Below are positions 63,892 through 64,000 of a stretch of 64,000 bases of DNA, piece after piece. Every line of letters begins with the position of its first letter. The first letter of the stretch is position 1. This DNA comes from Malacoraja senta (lineage: Eukaryota), in the NCBI GenBank assembly GCA_038087875.1, contig CM075988.1, forward strand, positions 4,836,001-4,900,000, given 5' to 3'. Made by a program: the position numbers and the translations under genes. The notes beneath the pieces were generated by a model, which saw only the letters and a program-made list of their open reading frames with translations, was not told the origin of the DNA and made no database searches.

Positions 63892-64000
63892 AGCTCTGGC
63901 TATTTGACTGGCTCAGCTCTCAGACCAGTTCCTGTTAATAGTTTAATTAATTAGTAAGATTAAATCGAAAACTTACCAGTTGGAAGTTTGATCTTTATTT

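Larger units (their letters stand above)
59377..64000 (-). mobile_element. Degenerate internal region of LTR retroelement/ERV (5' end beyond window)
   Basis: Purine-rich minus strand running from the gag-like ORF to the PPT/LTR; no recognisable pol. Confidence 0.55.

Overview
Repeat-dominated eukaryotic genomic DNA, not prokaryotic. The repeat families (HE1-like V-SINEs, HER1-like CR1 LINEs, abundant Penelope pseudo-LTR fragments) point to a cartilaginous fish, probably a skate or ray (inference). The main structure is a head-to-tail pair of diverged LINE-1 elements (2128-14790) inside a PIF/Harbinger MITE. The younger L1 appears to have inserted into the 5'UTR of the older one and joined it in register. 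Both L1s have long ORF1-ORF2 spacers that share three covarying hairpins and a frame-preserved ~80-85 codon reading frame just upstream of ORF2, which is the best candidate for an undescribed element here. The rest comprises non-autonomous Helitrons, Harbinger and hAT MITEs, Penelope elements and TSD-flanked mini-Penelope insertions with hammerhead-ribozyme-like cores, CR1, Rex1/Babar, RTE and RTEX LINE fragments, a bipartite RTE, a solo LTR, a degenerate LTR retroelement with a gag zinc knuckle, and a 200-N gap. No host gene is confidently identified; two isolated candidate exons are flagged at low confidence. Boundaries were read by eye and are approximate unless a TSD or TIR is quoted.
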